Position numbers and translations under genes: made by a program. This document shows positions 11,871 to 25,691 of a stretch of DNA of 64,000 nt, piece after piece. Location: positions 61,070,001-61,134,000 of the forward strand of contig NW_025963779.1 of the NCBI RefSeq assembly GCF_023055435.1, written 5' to 3'. The first letter of the stretch is position 1, and every line of letters begins with the position of its first letter. The stretch is from Haliotis rufescens (Eukaryota). Below the pieces are notes generated by a model, which saw nothing but the letters and a program-made list of their open reading frames with translations, did no database searches and was not told the origin of the DNA.

Positions 11871-12785
11871 AAGGCAGGCAAATGTGTGTACAATGAAGAG
11901 ACGTGACGTGACAGTGCAGGGAGTGACGGTGGCGTTCCCTAGCCAGACGCGGCCGGATTAGCGAAGGTCGGGATTCACAAATTATGGGCACGGAGTTATA
12001 ACTTGCTTTTCATGTGTAAGCGTTCCAAAAGTCATTGTCCGAAACTGTGGTTTCGGGATTAACGACGCCCGGATTAACGAGGTTTTACTGTATACAGGAG
12101 AAGATCATGTTAGTTTCACAACTATTCCTGATCCATGGGTAAAATTATCCATGTGCATTAAATAAGTCCATTCTTGACGTAGAAAACCAGTGCCCCAAAG
12201 GCCTACTAACTCGCTCATGCTGCTGATAGGACCCTCAGAGGGCGGACGTGTGGATGACAGGCGCAGCCTTTCCCATCTTTATCTCTTTGCAACATCTCAG
12301 AGCCTGCTAAGGCGACTAATATTAACATGACTCGTCAATCATATCGTAATTCACATCTCGGAGAGACCAGATCCCACGGGACTTGAGCGTGAAGTACTTA
12401 CTTTATTGGACGTGGTTTGCACCAAGACAAGATTGAAATCCGAAAAACAATAATGTGTTTAAATAATGATGTAATTGACAGGTTATTACTTCCAACTGGC
12501 GGTACTCCTCATGGTTATGGAGTCCATGTGTATGCATGCCCAGACAATTCAAGTTATATCCTGATGAAGTGAAACCGATCTACATTTGTATTGTAATGTT
12601 GAATGGAGACCGATATTCAGAAGAATACTGACAAAGAAATGTAAAGCAAACAACAGAAAAAGGTGTTGACATGTTTGTTGTTCGACGTCGTTATAACGTT
12701 AAACGCTAAACGTCTCTTTCGAGTTGAACGAGATAGCTGACAGGCAAAATCCTAAGCGGCGAGATAATGTGTGAGCGTTTTAGAC

Positions 12786-14812
12786 AGTGAGTGAATGAGT
12801 GGGTGAGTGTTTTAGTGAGTGAGTGAGTGTTTTAGTGAGTGTTTTAGTGAGTGAGTGTTTTAGTGAGTGAGTTAGTGAGTGAATGAGTGGGTCAGTGTTT
12901 TAGTGAGAGTTTTAGTGAGTGAGTGAGTGTTTTAGTGAGTGTTTGAGTGAGTGTTTTAGTGAGTGAGTGAGTGAGTGTTTTAGTGAGTGAGTTAGTGAGT
13001 GAATGAGTGGGTCAGTGTTTTAGTAAGAGTTTTAGTGAGTGAGTGAGTGAGTGAGTGTTTTAGTGACTGTTTTAGTGAGTGTTTGAGTGAGTGTTTTAGT
13101 GAGTGAGTGAGTGTTTTAGTGAGTGAGTGAGTGTTTTAATGAGTGTTTTAGTGAGTGAGTGAGTGAGTCAATGAGTGGGTCAGTGTTTCAGTGAAAGTTT
13201 TAGTGAGTGAGTGAGTGTTTTAGTGAGTGTTTTAGTGAGTGAGTGAGTGAGTCAATGAGTGGGTCAGTGTTTGAAATTTAGTGAGAGTTTTAGTGAGTGA
13301 GTGAGTGTTTTAGTGAGTGTTTTAGTGAGTGAGTGTATGAGTGAGTGTTTTAGTGAGTGAGTGAGTGTTTTAGTGAGTATGTGAGTGAGTGAGTGTTTTA
13401 GTGAGTGAGTGTTTTAGTAAGTGAGTGAGTGAGCGAGCGTGTGAGTGAGCGTGTAGGTGAATGTGTGGGTGGGTGTTTTAGTGAGTGAATGTGTAGGTGA
13501 GTGTTTGGTGAGTGAGTAAGCATGTGAGTGAATGTGTGGGTGAGTGATTTAGTGAGTGACATGTGAGTGAATGTGTAGGTGAGTTTTTTAGTGAGTGAAT
13601 GTGTGGGTGAGTGTTTTAGTGAGTGAATGTGTGGGTGAGTGTTTTAGTGAGTGAATGTGTGGGTGAGTTTTTTAGTGAATGAATGTGCGGGTGAGTGTTT
13701 TAGTGAGTGAATGTGTGGGTGAGTGTGAGAGTGAATGTGTGGTTAAGTGTGAGAGTGAATGTGTGAGTGAGTGTGAGAGTGAATGTGTGGGTGAGTGTGA
13801 GAGTGAATGTGTGGTTGAGTGTGAGAGTGAATGTGTGAGTGAATGTTTTAGTGAGTGAATGTGTGGGTGAGTGTGAGCGTGAGCGTGAATGTGTGAGTGA
13901 ATGTATGGGTGAGTGATTTAGTGAGTGGCATGTGAGTGAATGTGTGGGTGAGTGTTTTAGTGAGTGAATGTGTGGGTGAGTGTAAGAGTGAATGTGTGAG
14001 AAAGTGTGTGAGTGAATGTATGGGTGAGTGTTTTAGTGAGTGAATGTGTGGGTGAGTGTGAGAGTGAGTGAATGTGTGGGTGAGTTTGAGAGTGAATGTG
14101 TGGGTGAGTGTGAGAGTGAATGTGTGAGTGAGTGTTTTAGTGAGTGAATGTGTGGTTGAGTGTGAGAGTGAATGTGTGAGTGAATGTATGGGTGAGTGAT
14201 TTAGTGAGTGGCATGTGAGTGAATGTGTAGGTGAGTGTTTTAGTGAGTGAATGTGTGGGTGAGTGTTTTAGTGAGTGAATGTGTGGGTAAGTGTTTTAGT
14301 GAGTGAATGTGTGAGTGAGTGTGAGAGTGAATGTGTGAGTGAATGTATGGATGAGTGTTTTAGTGAGTGAATGTGTGGTTGAGTGTGAGAGTGAATGTGT
14401 GAGTGAATGCATTGGTGAGTGTTTTAGTGAGTGAATGTGTGGTTGAGTGTGAGAGTGAATGTGTTAGTGAATGTATTGGTGAGTGGTTTAGTGAGTGAAA
14501 GTGTGGTTGAGTGTGAGAGTGAATGTGGGAGAAAGTGTGTGAATGAATGTGTGGGTGTTAAGTTAGTGAATGTGTGAGTGAATGTATGGGTGAGTGTTTT
14601 AGCGAGTGAAAGCGTGAGTGAATGTGAGAGTGAATATGTGGGTGGGTGTTTTAGTGAATTAGTGAATGTGAGAGTGAATATGTGGGTGGGTGTTTTAGTG
14701 AATGAGTGAATGTGTGGGTGAGTATCTTAGTAAATGAGATCATGTGTGGGTAATTGTTTTAGAGAGTGGATGTGTTGGTGAATGTTTAAGTGAACGAGTG
14801 TGAGAGCGAGCG
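12786..14812. repeat. ~2-kb complex (GAGT)n-derived satellite
   Basis: GAGT, GTGTTTTAGT and GAGTGAATGTGTGGGT motifs; almost no C on the + strand. Confidence 0.95.
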
Positions 14813-15888
14813 TCTCGAAATGTCAAAATATACTAGCATGACCATCTTATATTACCATATGATGTATTACCTTTACCTATACGAAAAACAGTTTGTGTCA
14901 AAAGATTTGCCTTTGTTCAAGTATAAAAAGAACTCCAGAAAGCATCTCCACATTTGTGCTGTTATAAAACGCAATCATGCAAGTGTTGAAAAGAAAAAAG
15001 ACTCAAATTCTCATTCATATGAGCACATTGATATTTCTTAATAATTTGCTAGTTTCTAAAAGAAATGGGTACTGAGACATTCCTCCCGATGAGAGTGTGA
15101 TAGCATTCGATCAATGTGCTCCTTACTCAGTAGCCAGCATTGGGGGAATCCATTTTGGAACTTGATCTTCTAGTTTCACTCGTTCATATGACTATCATAA
15201 TTATTATAAAACACGATCTGGTGGGAGTCGAAACCCTTATGGTAATGTTCAAATTGTATGCATGATGCCTATTAATGTAATGTTAAAAGAAAATCTTAAA
15301 ATTGGCAGTCATGTTGCTCGAAAGATCGGGCGTTATGCAGTTGGTTTACAGTGAAATCATGCCCCATCACTGTTCAATTGCAACCCGGGGTATTTATTAT
15401 GAGGGTAACGGAGATGGCCGAGTAAACGAATGTCAGCTGAGGATGAGAATATTTTCCCCCGCAAGTATATTCCAGCCATATCACGATAGGGGACACCAAC
15501 AATAATACACATATTACTCATGTGCGGAATCGAACACGAGTCTTTAGCGTGAAAATTGAACGCTTTCATCACTGGGTTATTTCACCCAATGCGTGACGAC
15601 TGTGTCACCAGACTGGCACGCCCGGTTTCATTTGAAGAAATATTTCTGTTGAAGAAGACATAGTTAAGACGTTAATTATATTATGTTGCATCACACGTGA
15701 GAGGTATCCGTCCTAAGTCCTATCAAATATTAAATTGAATTTATTCTCACCTTTTTTTAAATCGAAAAAGGTGTAGGTCATACGAAGTATTGATAGATAC
15801 AAACCAACAATCGGCTTGTATTTTTTCGTTAGTTTCGACATCAAATATGAGTGTCATCTCGATTTAGATTATTTTTGGTTTAGAGTAG

Positions 15889-16048
15889 TGAGTGTTATGG
15901 TTTTACGCCGCTTTGTGCAATATTCCAGCAATATCACGGCAGGGGACACCAGAAATGGGCTTCACACATTGTACCAATATCGGGAATCGAACCCGGGTCT
16001 TCGGCGTGACGAGCGAACGCTTTAACCACTAGGCTACCCGACCGCCCC
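15889..16048 (-). mobile_element. SINE family A
   Basis: Near-identical to the 7223 copy; TSD tggtttagagtag. Confidence 0.92.
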
Positions 16049-16538
16049 TGGTTTAGAGTAGGTATTAGGTGTATGTATGTGGCGGTATGAAGAACTATAC
16101 ATCAAACAGATACATCTCTCGTCTTTCAATACTTCAAAAGGTCAGCTAACAGACAGACGGAGTACTCAGGGAGTTTTGTAATTGTGAAGACGCATATCAG
16201 ATATTTGAATAAGTCGATTATTGACCACCGTTAGTTTCACAGACTACTATATATGCAGCTGTCAACTTAACGAGGCAATTTGTCTATTTCGGAATATGTT
16301 ATTCACAACATTCTGCAGCTTTGATATTCTCGTTTACCATACATCACAGCAGCGTCGTATGTGTGTGGCGTATGGATCAACAAACTTGTTGGAATTAGCG
16401 AGAGAAAGTTTCAAATATACCGTAAATTCTCTCTTTACCCTATCATGCTTCGGTTTCTACATATATGCACAATGCGGGGTACAATTATTTTCAGGTCGCG
16501 TCCATCAGCTGCATGACATGCCCTCACACAAAACATTC

Positions 16539-16762
16539 CCCGTGAAGATACGGGTAAGAATTGGTCTTCAGTAACCCATGCTTGTTGAAAGAGACGACTA
16601 ACGGGACCGGGAGGTCAGGCTCGCTGACTTGGTTGATGCATGTCATCGTATCCCAATTGCGTATATCGATGCTTATGATGTCAATCACTGGATTGGCTGG
16701 TCCAGACCGCCGCCGTATAGCTGGAATATTGCTGAATGCAGCATTAAACAACAGACAAACAC
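16539..16762 (+). mobile_element. SINE-like family B (single-hairpin variant)
   Basis: Co-linear with other copies. Confidence 0.85.
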
Positions 16763-19019
16763 AAAATCACAGAGAGCATATTATTTTGACAACTTAATGT
16801 ACTTAATGTAAAAAACAACTGAAATTGACAAGATTTCACTGAAATCCTTATATATATGACTGTGTCCAATGAAGTTTCTTGCCTGGGCCAATAACATTTG
16901 ATAAATGCACTGTGCAGTTAACACATGTGCAAATTAAGTCATGAAAATGAGACTGTTCTGCCACTAGGGCTAAGCAACAGCAAACACATTAATGGTTCCA
17001 GTACAGGGCTAGAAATGTAGCTGATTTTTCTCAAGTGTGACACAGGGCATTGATAGAGAAGTTAAGCTGTGCCCTTTGGTATCTTATTTGGCAACCTAAA
17101 CAATGTTTCGAAGAAGAAAAAAGTGTATGCATCTGAAAACTGAGGCTGTTAATATATATTCATGATTTTTTATGTTTGTTGAGTTTACGAAATATAAACG
17201 ACAAACCCTTTTCATATTCATCAGAAATATCTGCGAAAAAAGAGTCGACTGTACGATTCCGACTATATCATGAGCAAGTGTTTATGAATATTTATCAAAT
17301 AGTGATGATACCAGGTGTTCGCGAAAAGGTGAGCGTATCCTTGTCCACTGGTGGCATCCGTCACAAACACATGCAAGGGCAAGTCAACCGTTCACCTGAA
17401 AATGACACGGGAACATTATTGTTATACAAGTCAAAATAGGGAATTGGATCGGACATCAATAGTGTCACTGATGTGTCAAATATGGAAATGTCCTCCACAT
17501 GTCTTCCATAAAACGTTTTGGAAGATTTACTCAGGCCTTGAATGTTCTGAGCAAGAGGTGTTGACGCTCTTTGAAATCTTGGAAGAAAGAGCATCTCGAC
17601 TGTTCCTCAAAAGTTGTGAAATGTAGACACCAAGCTGCAGGAATATAAGGGGGAAGTTGACTATTGGAAAGTTGAAGTCATCCCTCTTGTCATACAGTGT
17701 GCTTTGTATGAAACAGATGAAACGTTCTCACTGGTCTCTTTTATTTCTATTTCAGGTGGGTAAATCAGTGGAAGGGAATGGACTTTTCAATGGTTATTGA
17801 ACGATATCATATGATTAATATACCTGAAGCTGAAGTCAAACTTCTGGACCAAACTACCTTGTTTTGACCTTGCTAATCCGAGCAGCAACCCTGATTCATA
17901 TACTAGTACATAAAGAAACAGATCAGAGCGCAATTGGTGCCCATGGAGAGGCCAACGTCTTGCCTAAATGTCTTACCCCCAAAATTGTACATGGGTGTTA
18001 TCAATAAGGAAGTCCAGCATTTCACATATTGCTTGTGTAAACTTCAGATGCCATTTGCTTTATTTTTGACAAATTGACCTGAACCTCTGAATATAGATAC
18101 GTAACTGTAATAAGGATCACCACGTTTTGTAACAAAAGCCCCATGGATCAAGGAATTAAGTTTTTCCTTATGTTTGTCATGTGGGATAGTGGTACATAGT
18201 TGAAAGATCAAATGTTTAGACAGCATGGAACTTGGTTATGGGATGGATCCCTAAGGACCTGAAAATGCCAGTAGGTCACACAATGATCAACATGATTTCT
18301 TAACTGACGTTCTATACATAACGGCATGAACACAAGTCACTCTCATCAAGGGTCTTTATTACACCGATTGATATTATAACAGATCGGATTGATATGTTAC
18401 TGTAGATCTGATTCCCGAAAGGGAGGTAACCGTGAAATGTCCGTAACTTTTACGTGAATCTGTTCAAGTTCGAAACACGTTTTGATCATTAACATATTTA
18501 AATTTTGGGGATGTCGTAAGTAACTAGTGAGATTTTAGCACAATACGTGTTTTTGTGTTTGATCTTTAATGTAAATCCTGTGCTGAATCCTAAACACATT
18601 TAGATATATACATGATAAGCATGTGTTCACATTCGTTACGTCGTCCGTACCCCTTCGCTACCATCTGCCCTTCGCAGGGGGTGACTTGATACATCACTGA
18701 ACAGGACTTTCCTCCACCAAAGAAATTACCTATCACGGTATCGGTGCAACGTTCAGCGTGATGACGAGACGTCGGGATGTTTCGTCTGAAAGGTTGACGC
18801 TCGAATCTCAAGGTCTAAAAGGCGGTTACGTACCGTCTTATCGAAGATACGTCGCATGGTTTCGACAGACGCTAGACCTGCGTCCGATGACATTGTGATG
18901 TTGATCATGTATCAGCTTTTGCAGTCGCGTAGGTGCCTAATACACAGGAACGCAAACGAAGCCATGTTAATTTCCTTAAACAAAAACTGTTTCTTGTCCT
19001 CAGCTTCAACCAAAAGAAG

Positions 19020-19264
19020 AGCGGCACGGTTGGCCCAGTCGTCTAAGGCGCCGCAAATCGATAAGAAGAGGTCCGGTCCATTTGGTACACCAGAAACCTT
19101 TGATCGTTGGTTCGAATCCCAGTTCGCCAAGATTAGATTGTCAGCACCATACTCGTGCTTGTGGGTTTCACCTAAGTGGTAAACGTCTGGAACCTGCATA
19201 ACTGACAAGTCGTGATAAAACTGGAATACAGTTCAAGGCGGCGTTAAAACCAATTCATTCACTC
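19020..19264 (+). mobile_element. diverged SINE family C
   Basis: Same head and tail; TSD accaaaagaa. Confidence 0.8.
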
Positions 19265-20252
19265 ACCAAAAGAAAAAATCGTTCACTGGACGCTGATGTT
19301 AAAGAAATTGCTGGTTTCTCCTTTAAGTGCGAAAACATTGGTAAAACTTAGAAAAAACTTCAGTAAACTTCCGTATATGCATGACCGGATCGTTTTATAC
19401 GTGTATCTTAATACATTTTGTCCAGGTCAAACTATTCCCAATGAGACATTTTATACCTCTCTTGAGACCTGCAGCGGGTACCCGGGTAGTAAATTTGGAC
19501 TCGTCCCAGCCCTATTACATACAAGTACACTCTGGACGCTGTATCCTAATAACTCCTACATTCTATCATTACAATAGCAGTACTAGATCTGGTGGACTTT
19601 TTGAATAAACATTTAAAGGAACATCTGTACTGAGTTTACATTTGGTACGTTTCTGCCTATATTTGGTATTATTGAATCTGTTACGGTGGATAATCGAGAC
19701 TGGTTATTCTCTGGCATTGACGTTTTATATTTACAGATTGCATGAACGTATAAATAGCAATCCATCAAAGTTTGCAGTTTTTTAGCTGCCATTAAACCGA
19801 TATTAGTACAATAGAAACACGTTTGTCAGTCATAATCATAATTTATAGAATTTGTTTCATTTTTCTTAAGCAGATATTTTCCCATCATCCAAGGTCTATA
19901 ATGAAAGAATGGCATATCATATATACTTCTGAACATACACTGGCGCTTTGATCCCTTTGGGAATGAAGTTCGAGAATTGCTCATGTGTATGACGAGGACT
20001 TGGTGCCTCTAGAATGACCACGACCGGCTCCAATAACCGACTACTTTAATCGTCGACTACCTTCATATTTTCGATGCTAAATTAATTCAATGTTCAAAAA
20101 GTAGTATCGTTCCCCTCTGTTGAAATGCATCTACGCTGCAGTCCGATAGTGACTGCAGTCCGAATTGTTTCCGAACTCAGAGTAAGTTCATCGACAGAGT
20201 TTGTGAGGCTGGAAATGATATAATAGATATTGAGTCAAAGTCTGAAACGATA

Positions 20253-21035
20253 CAAGGGAGTTACTGACTATAAAAGTCCAGTTTCCACCCTTGTCGAACC
20301 TGGCTAGAATTATGGGGTTATATTTTGGCGGGAGAACGAGTCTATGCATAGTCAAATCAAAATCGCGTAACGAAATCGACATGATGTTAACTGCCGTGCA
20401 GATTTCGGTCGATAGCAGGATTTGGAAAGCATATGTGCCGCAAACTCGGCGTCAACAGATATTTCCGAAATCGTTTCATGTTTTTAATGAAGATGTTCAC
20501 CTGAGCTGATGCACTTAGCGAAGTAAGACCCATTTTATCACAATATAGATTTTGATTATCGACCAGATCGTCTTGACTGGGTACCTCCATTTTGTTTGAA
20601 GCAAATGCAAGGGATATGAGAGGTGGAATCTGATTGATCAATAGGAAGGACATCGAAGGTACATAACTCGTAGACCCGTGAAGATCCGAGGTAGAATAGG
20701 TCTTCAGCAACCCATGCTTGCCATGAGAGGCGACTATGCTTGTCGTGAGAGGCGACTAACGGGATCGGGTGGTCTTGTTGATTCATGTCATCGATCCCAA
20801 TTGCGTGGATCGATGTTCATGATATCAATCACTGGATTGTCTGGTCCAGACTCGATTATTTACAGACCGCCGTCTTATAGCTGGAATATTGCTGGAGTGC
20901 GGCGTTAAACAAACAAACAAACAAACAAACAAAATATAACTCGTTATAGCCACGATCGAGATCAGAAATTCCAGCTCTATTCAGCAAGGGTAGAAACCGC
21001 AATTTTTATAGTCAGTTGACTCCTTTGCCTTGGGA
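20253..21035. mobile_element. inverted copy of the 4364 MITE, interrupted by a family-B SINE
   Basis: Both TIR remnants present; internal sequence matches the reverse complement of 4364-4874. Confidence 0.8.
20673..20933 (+). mobile_element. SINE-like family B (no tRNA head), full length
   Basis: Starts GACCCGTGAAGATCC, (AAAC)n tail, TSD ataactcgt. Confidence 0.9.
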
Positions 21036-21689
21036 AACAATAAAGAGACCTCGCAACCTATTACTGTCGATAAAGTTAACAATCTTGGGGAAAAGGAAAT
21101 TTGGGGCGATTCTAATCCAACTCAACTGGATGAAACCAATTTTCAGCGTGATGACGAGGCAAAGAACACAGAAGTCTTCATGTATTTATTAAACCACATA
21201 TCCCCTCCTTGTAAAGATGAATTTACTCGAAGGCGGTACTTTACCCCAACGACAAGATGTTTTAAAGGCAAATTCGGGTGTTAAAAAACACAAAAAGGTT
21301 GAATCGAAAATTGACTTACTTCAAGGCGTTTGAGAATACAGAGGATCCCAGTCGGTGCTATGTGAGGCTTTGAGAGAAATACACCTCTCTTTGGTAAGTT
21401 TATAATTTATCAGTATGTTTACTATGCATGCGATATATACTGATGGAGACGAATAAGGGAACAATGATAAATAATAGGGAACCCATGATCATTTTCTAGT
21501 GTCTAAACCTAAGTGTTCCCTTTTTCATTTCCATCAGTATACTTTATATGTGTACAGAGTACCCGCTGTGGGGCAGCTCTGTCGACTGCGTGTTCAATCT
21601 TCACGCAGAAGACCCTGCTTCGAATCCCCGCAATGGCAAAATTTGTACTGGCGATATTTGGCGTCCCCGTCTCTTCGTGATCGTAGGAT

Positions 21690-21885
21690 CCAGTCTCGAC
21701 CAGACAATCCAGTGATTGACATCATGAGCATCGATCTACGCAGATGGGCTACGATGACATGCATCAACCAAGTAAGCGAGCCTGATCACCCGATCCCGTT
21801 AGTCGCCTCTTACGACAAGCCTAGTCGCCCTTCACGGCAAGCATGGGTTACTGAAGACCTATTCTTCCCCAGATCTTCACGGGTC
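21690..21885 (-). mobile_element. SINE-like family B (3' tail lost)
   Basis: Co-linear with other copies. Confidence 0.85.
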
Positions 21886-22076
21886 AGGTGCATGAAGTAA
21901 AATGTATTGAAAAGATCAAACTCTCAACGAAAACAACATTTGTAATGACAGTCATATCGCATCCGATATTGGCATGACAGTTGCCCTGGTTGAGGTGGTG
22001 TAGTAAAACAAGTTTCGAACGTGATGGACAAAGGGCACCCACATGAAAAATCGCTTAGGTTCAATGGTACGTCACA

Positions 22077-22760
22077 TTAATAGCGTGTATGACCACCCAC
22101 TGCTACAAGAAATGCAAAACTTCTCCGGCGCACAGAAAGTGTCAGTCGTCTGATGACGTCACGTGGGATACGTCGCCATTCTTCTTTGTTCACGTCGGTT
22201 GACTTGAGGATGTGGTCGCTGTCAAACACGACGTTCCATGCATTCGTCGCTGTTGACGTCAATGATAGGAATCGATTCCGGAGATGCATGGTATGCAAGT
22301 ACCAGTCTTCATTGGGCATAGTTACCCTGGGTCTGCCTGTTTTGGGCCTGTCTTATGTCTGCCCGGTCTATCTGTAACGCGTTGCATGAGGTCAGTTACA
22401 GCAACACGGGAGCAACCAAAAGTCCTATCAATGTGGGAATGGGTGGCTCCTATCTGTATCATACCCAGGGCCCGCTCGCCTTATTCAGGTGTCAGTCGTG
22501 GATTTTCTGTGGTGGTTTTTCATCAGTGTGAGTGTCTGACATGCCGTATCATTTACATACCCTTATTGCACGTGTGGTTTCGGCTGCCCAAGCGTCACTT
22601 ATTTTTCACATTTTGTACAAAAACACGTTCCGTGGACGTGTATTACTTTCTACATGGAGCATTGTTGTGTTTGGACGATGTGTTTTGCATTGATTTAGTT
22701 AAATTGTGAACTTTTACATTTTTGCAAATGACATTTTAAAGTGATAAAGTTTAGTTTATA
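22077..22760 (-). mobile_element. decayed, internally deleted Tc1 element related to 2643-4194
   Basis: N-terminal PRLT...RALGM...GRPRVT...HLRNR fused to C-terminal WRRIPRDVIRRLT...GGHTRY*; stops and frameshifts; DDE core missing; terminal-like aactttatcactttaaaa near 22740. Confidence 0.85.
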
Positions 22761-23399
22761 TCAGTGTTATTGTATATATCCGGCTTGTTATACCAGTAAA
22801 ATGTTTAAAAGATTATAGAAAAATGCTTTAGGAACCTATTGTAAGTATTTTTTCATTGGAGTTTGTCAAATTCTTTCAAAGTGTAATATATTTAATGGTA
22901 TTGTGGAAAGTTCACCCAAGTAAGTTATTTTCTCTCCAATATTGGAGGCGTGTGCTTAGTCATTGTCTGCTTGTTTTAGGTCGGCGGAGTTCAGCGGTTC
23001 GACTGAACTGAATAGAGCTGAAAGCGATTTCTATATGGAAAGGTCAACTCCATCGTCCGCTGACTCGACACAGACGTATATCACTGACCAGACTGAGGTC
23101 AAACAAGTCAGGACAGGTGCCGTAACTGGTCCAAAAACCAATTCACACTTAGAATCTGGATGTGGAAATACGCGTCACGCCATGTTTGTATTCGTATGTG
23201 GCAGGTGATTATATCCTGTTATTTGTGTAGCCCATCTCCCGCAGTCGATGCACCATGCGTAGGGAATGTGCGATAACGTTTTAAGTCATACGTTCTCCTT
23301 GGTTGGGGTTGGACGTTTTCTGTCCATTAAAGAGTTCAATACCGGCTCTTTGTCGATTCTGCACCCAATGTATCATTAATATATAGATACCAGACATAT

Positions 23400-23900
23400 T
23401 TCCCATGTATTTATTTAGTATTCCACCTTAAGTCAGTCATTTCTTTTCTTTTTTTGGTCTACGGATTTTTACCCCAAAAGTCAAGTCGTTTCGAGAAAAT
23501 ATTTCACTTTCATAATAATTATTATATTTCCTCAAAATGTTCAGTGGGTATGCAAGTTTTTAAGAGAACTTCTTCAGTTGGTTTTTGATTGAGGTATTTC
23601 CAGTAGTATATTTATATTGATAGTGTAAACACAAATAACACAGGCAAAAGATGAAGTTTGGCAGTCAATGTTTGTAATAATGTATGCAAAGTTTATGTTT
23701 AATTTTGGTTTAATGTCAATAATGTAGATATTACTTATTAACAATGGGATGAATAACTGATGCCAATTCATACCACCAGTTTTGAATAAATTTAGGGCTC
23801 AGTCTCCAAAGAAGTAATTCAATTAATAGTATTTCAGTTATTTGAGTTTTGAGTAAATGTTATTATGTGTCATAAAATGTCAAGATAATGTTTATTAATT
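23400..23900 (-). mobile_element. possible highly decayed LINE 3' remnant
   Basis: AT-rich; residual translation loosely resembles the Tx1 ORF2 C-terminus. Confidence 0.3.
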
Positions 23901-25691
23901 TGGCTAAAAAATTAGAAAATATATAACTAGAGGTAGTGAATGATATGCAGAAGTTTCAAAGACCTTGACCCGTGATCGTATTTATAAGCAATTAGGCATC
24001 ATTAACAGGTCACGTGACCTTTCTCAGCCAATCAGAACACATGACATAGGTAGTATCATGACATAGGTAGTGTCATATGTAACACAAAGTAAGTGGTTAC
24101 TAAATATCCTTGTATTGTCCTGTTTGTCCGAATACAATTAGGACATGGTAGAAATAGTCAGGAAATCGAGACAGTTTGTTTTTATTAAGTGGACAATATA
24201 TCTATGCTAACATGGTGTCAGTGGCCGCCATCTTGGTTGGTGATCAACTCCATAATTACAAGTCAGTTTCTCTTATGGTATTGTCCTTATCCTGTACAAA
24301 GTGTCCGAATAGATCGAACGTGATAAATAAAATAAAGGACAAGCATAAGTTCAGAGCAAGCGACTGGGAGGGCAGTTTGAGAGACGTCAAAAGTACGCTA
24401 AGACAATATTGACAATTATAAATATGCTCTCATTCCAGGTATTGATGTTGTCCTTCACGGCTTTTTTTTAATTCGGACAGTAACAAGATTCACTGAAATA
24501 CTTGGCAAATGCTAACAGAGAAACGGATCGTCAGATTGTTAATATTACCTTGAATTGTCGGCAACGAATGTCAAATCACGGAACGACTGTCATATAGGTA
24601 CAGGTACAAATACAAGAAATACAGGAACGTATCTGTTGTCCTCTATTTGTCTGAATAATACATTTCCAGTTCAGACTGCAGGGAAGCACTTTATCATGAA
24701 TCTATGACTTTGATGTGAAGACGGACATTCAAGTTATAAATAGTAACTATGCCAAACGTAAACATAATTGACAGGTCACCGTAGCCTTGGAGATGTCAAA
24801 CAGATCAAATTGGTTTTTCAGTTATCAAGTGTAATTATTATCAATATCCAAAGTGAAATAAACTATAAAACACCTGAGAGCAAGAAAGATATCGGAAAAT
24901 CCTCAATTACTAGTGTATTAGGTCATTGTTTATCTATATCATATGTCAACTTTATAAGATAGTCAACATGCCAAAGTGTACACAAGAAATAGTCCCTAAC
25001 AAACAATGCTGTTATCACTCAAAAATCATCATGAATCCAAACTGAACAAATGTAATTACATGATAACATGGGATACATCAACCTATACAATAATAGAGCA
25101 AAGTGACAACAGTGTTTAGATTATTCATGGATGTAAATAGCGTAGTGACACACAGTGGTAATTAGGTCATGTCTGACAAGTGCTGCTAGCGCGAACATTC
25201 ATTGATGGATAGACGTATCTATAAACAGTGAACATGCACCATAAAGGTGACTCACATATAGTCTGGAAGTTAATTTAAGGTACCGACGTTTACTGCAATA
25301 TCTGAAAAACTATCGGACCGTCTCCAGTCAAAGTTGGTATGAGATTATTAAACAGTCATACATAACTGGATATTACATTTAAAGACAATCGGTGCATGGA
25401 TAAAAAATCTGTCTATTTAGCTATCACTATATTTCAGCAACAACCAGACCTGTTCGTCACGGGTGGAACGAGCATTCATTGTAACAGCCATCTGCATAAT
25501 GCTACCCCTGCGACAACTTTCTTTTCAAAGGAATCTAACTTTAGTTTCCTATCTTGTTTTGAGATGCCCCCAAAGGGATGTGCAGGTGAGCATGTGTTTT
25601 TATGAGAGTTCAAAATCTTAACTACGGTTTGTTTGGGAAGCTGTAACGCATTAATTGTTCTTTTCATGTACTTTGAAATGTCAAAGAAGGG

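Noticed and set aside
10896-11961. His/Pro/Thr-rich ORFs
   Set aside because: The 14-bp period cycles through all frames; satellite artefact
12560-12580. CCTGATGAAGTGAAAC as another hammerhead
   Set aside because: No room for stem II
12820-13420. Interstitial telomere
   Set aside because: Motif is TTTTAGTGAG, not TTAGGG
17351-17650. Possible decayed coding or transposase fragment
   Set aside because: No recognisable motif in any frame
20556-20908. Short ORFs recurring across the window (e.g. ITGLSGPDSIIYRPPSYSWNIA)
   Set aside because: Translations of family-B SINE copies
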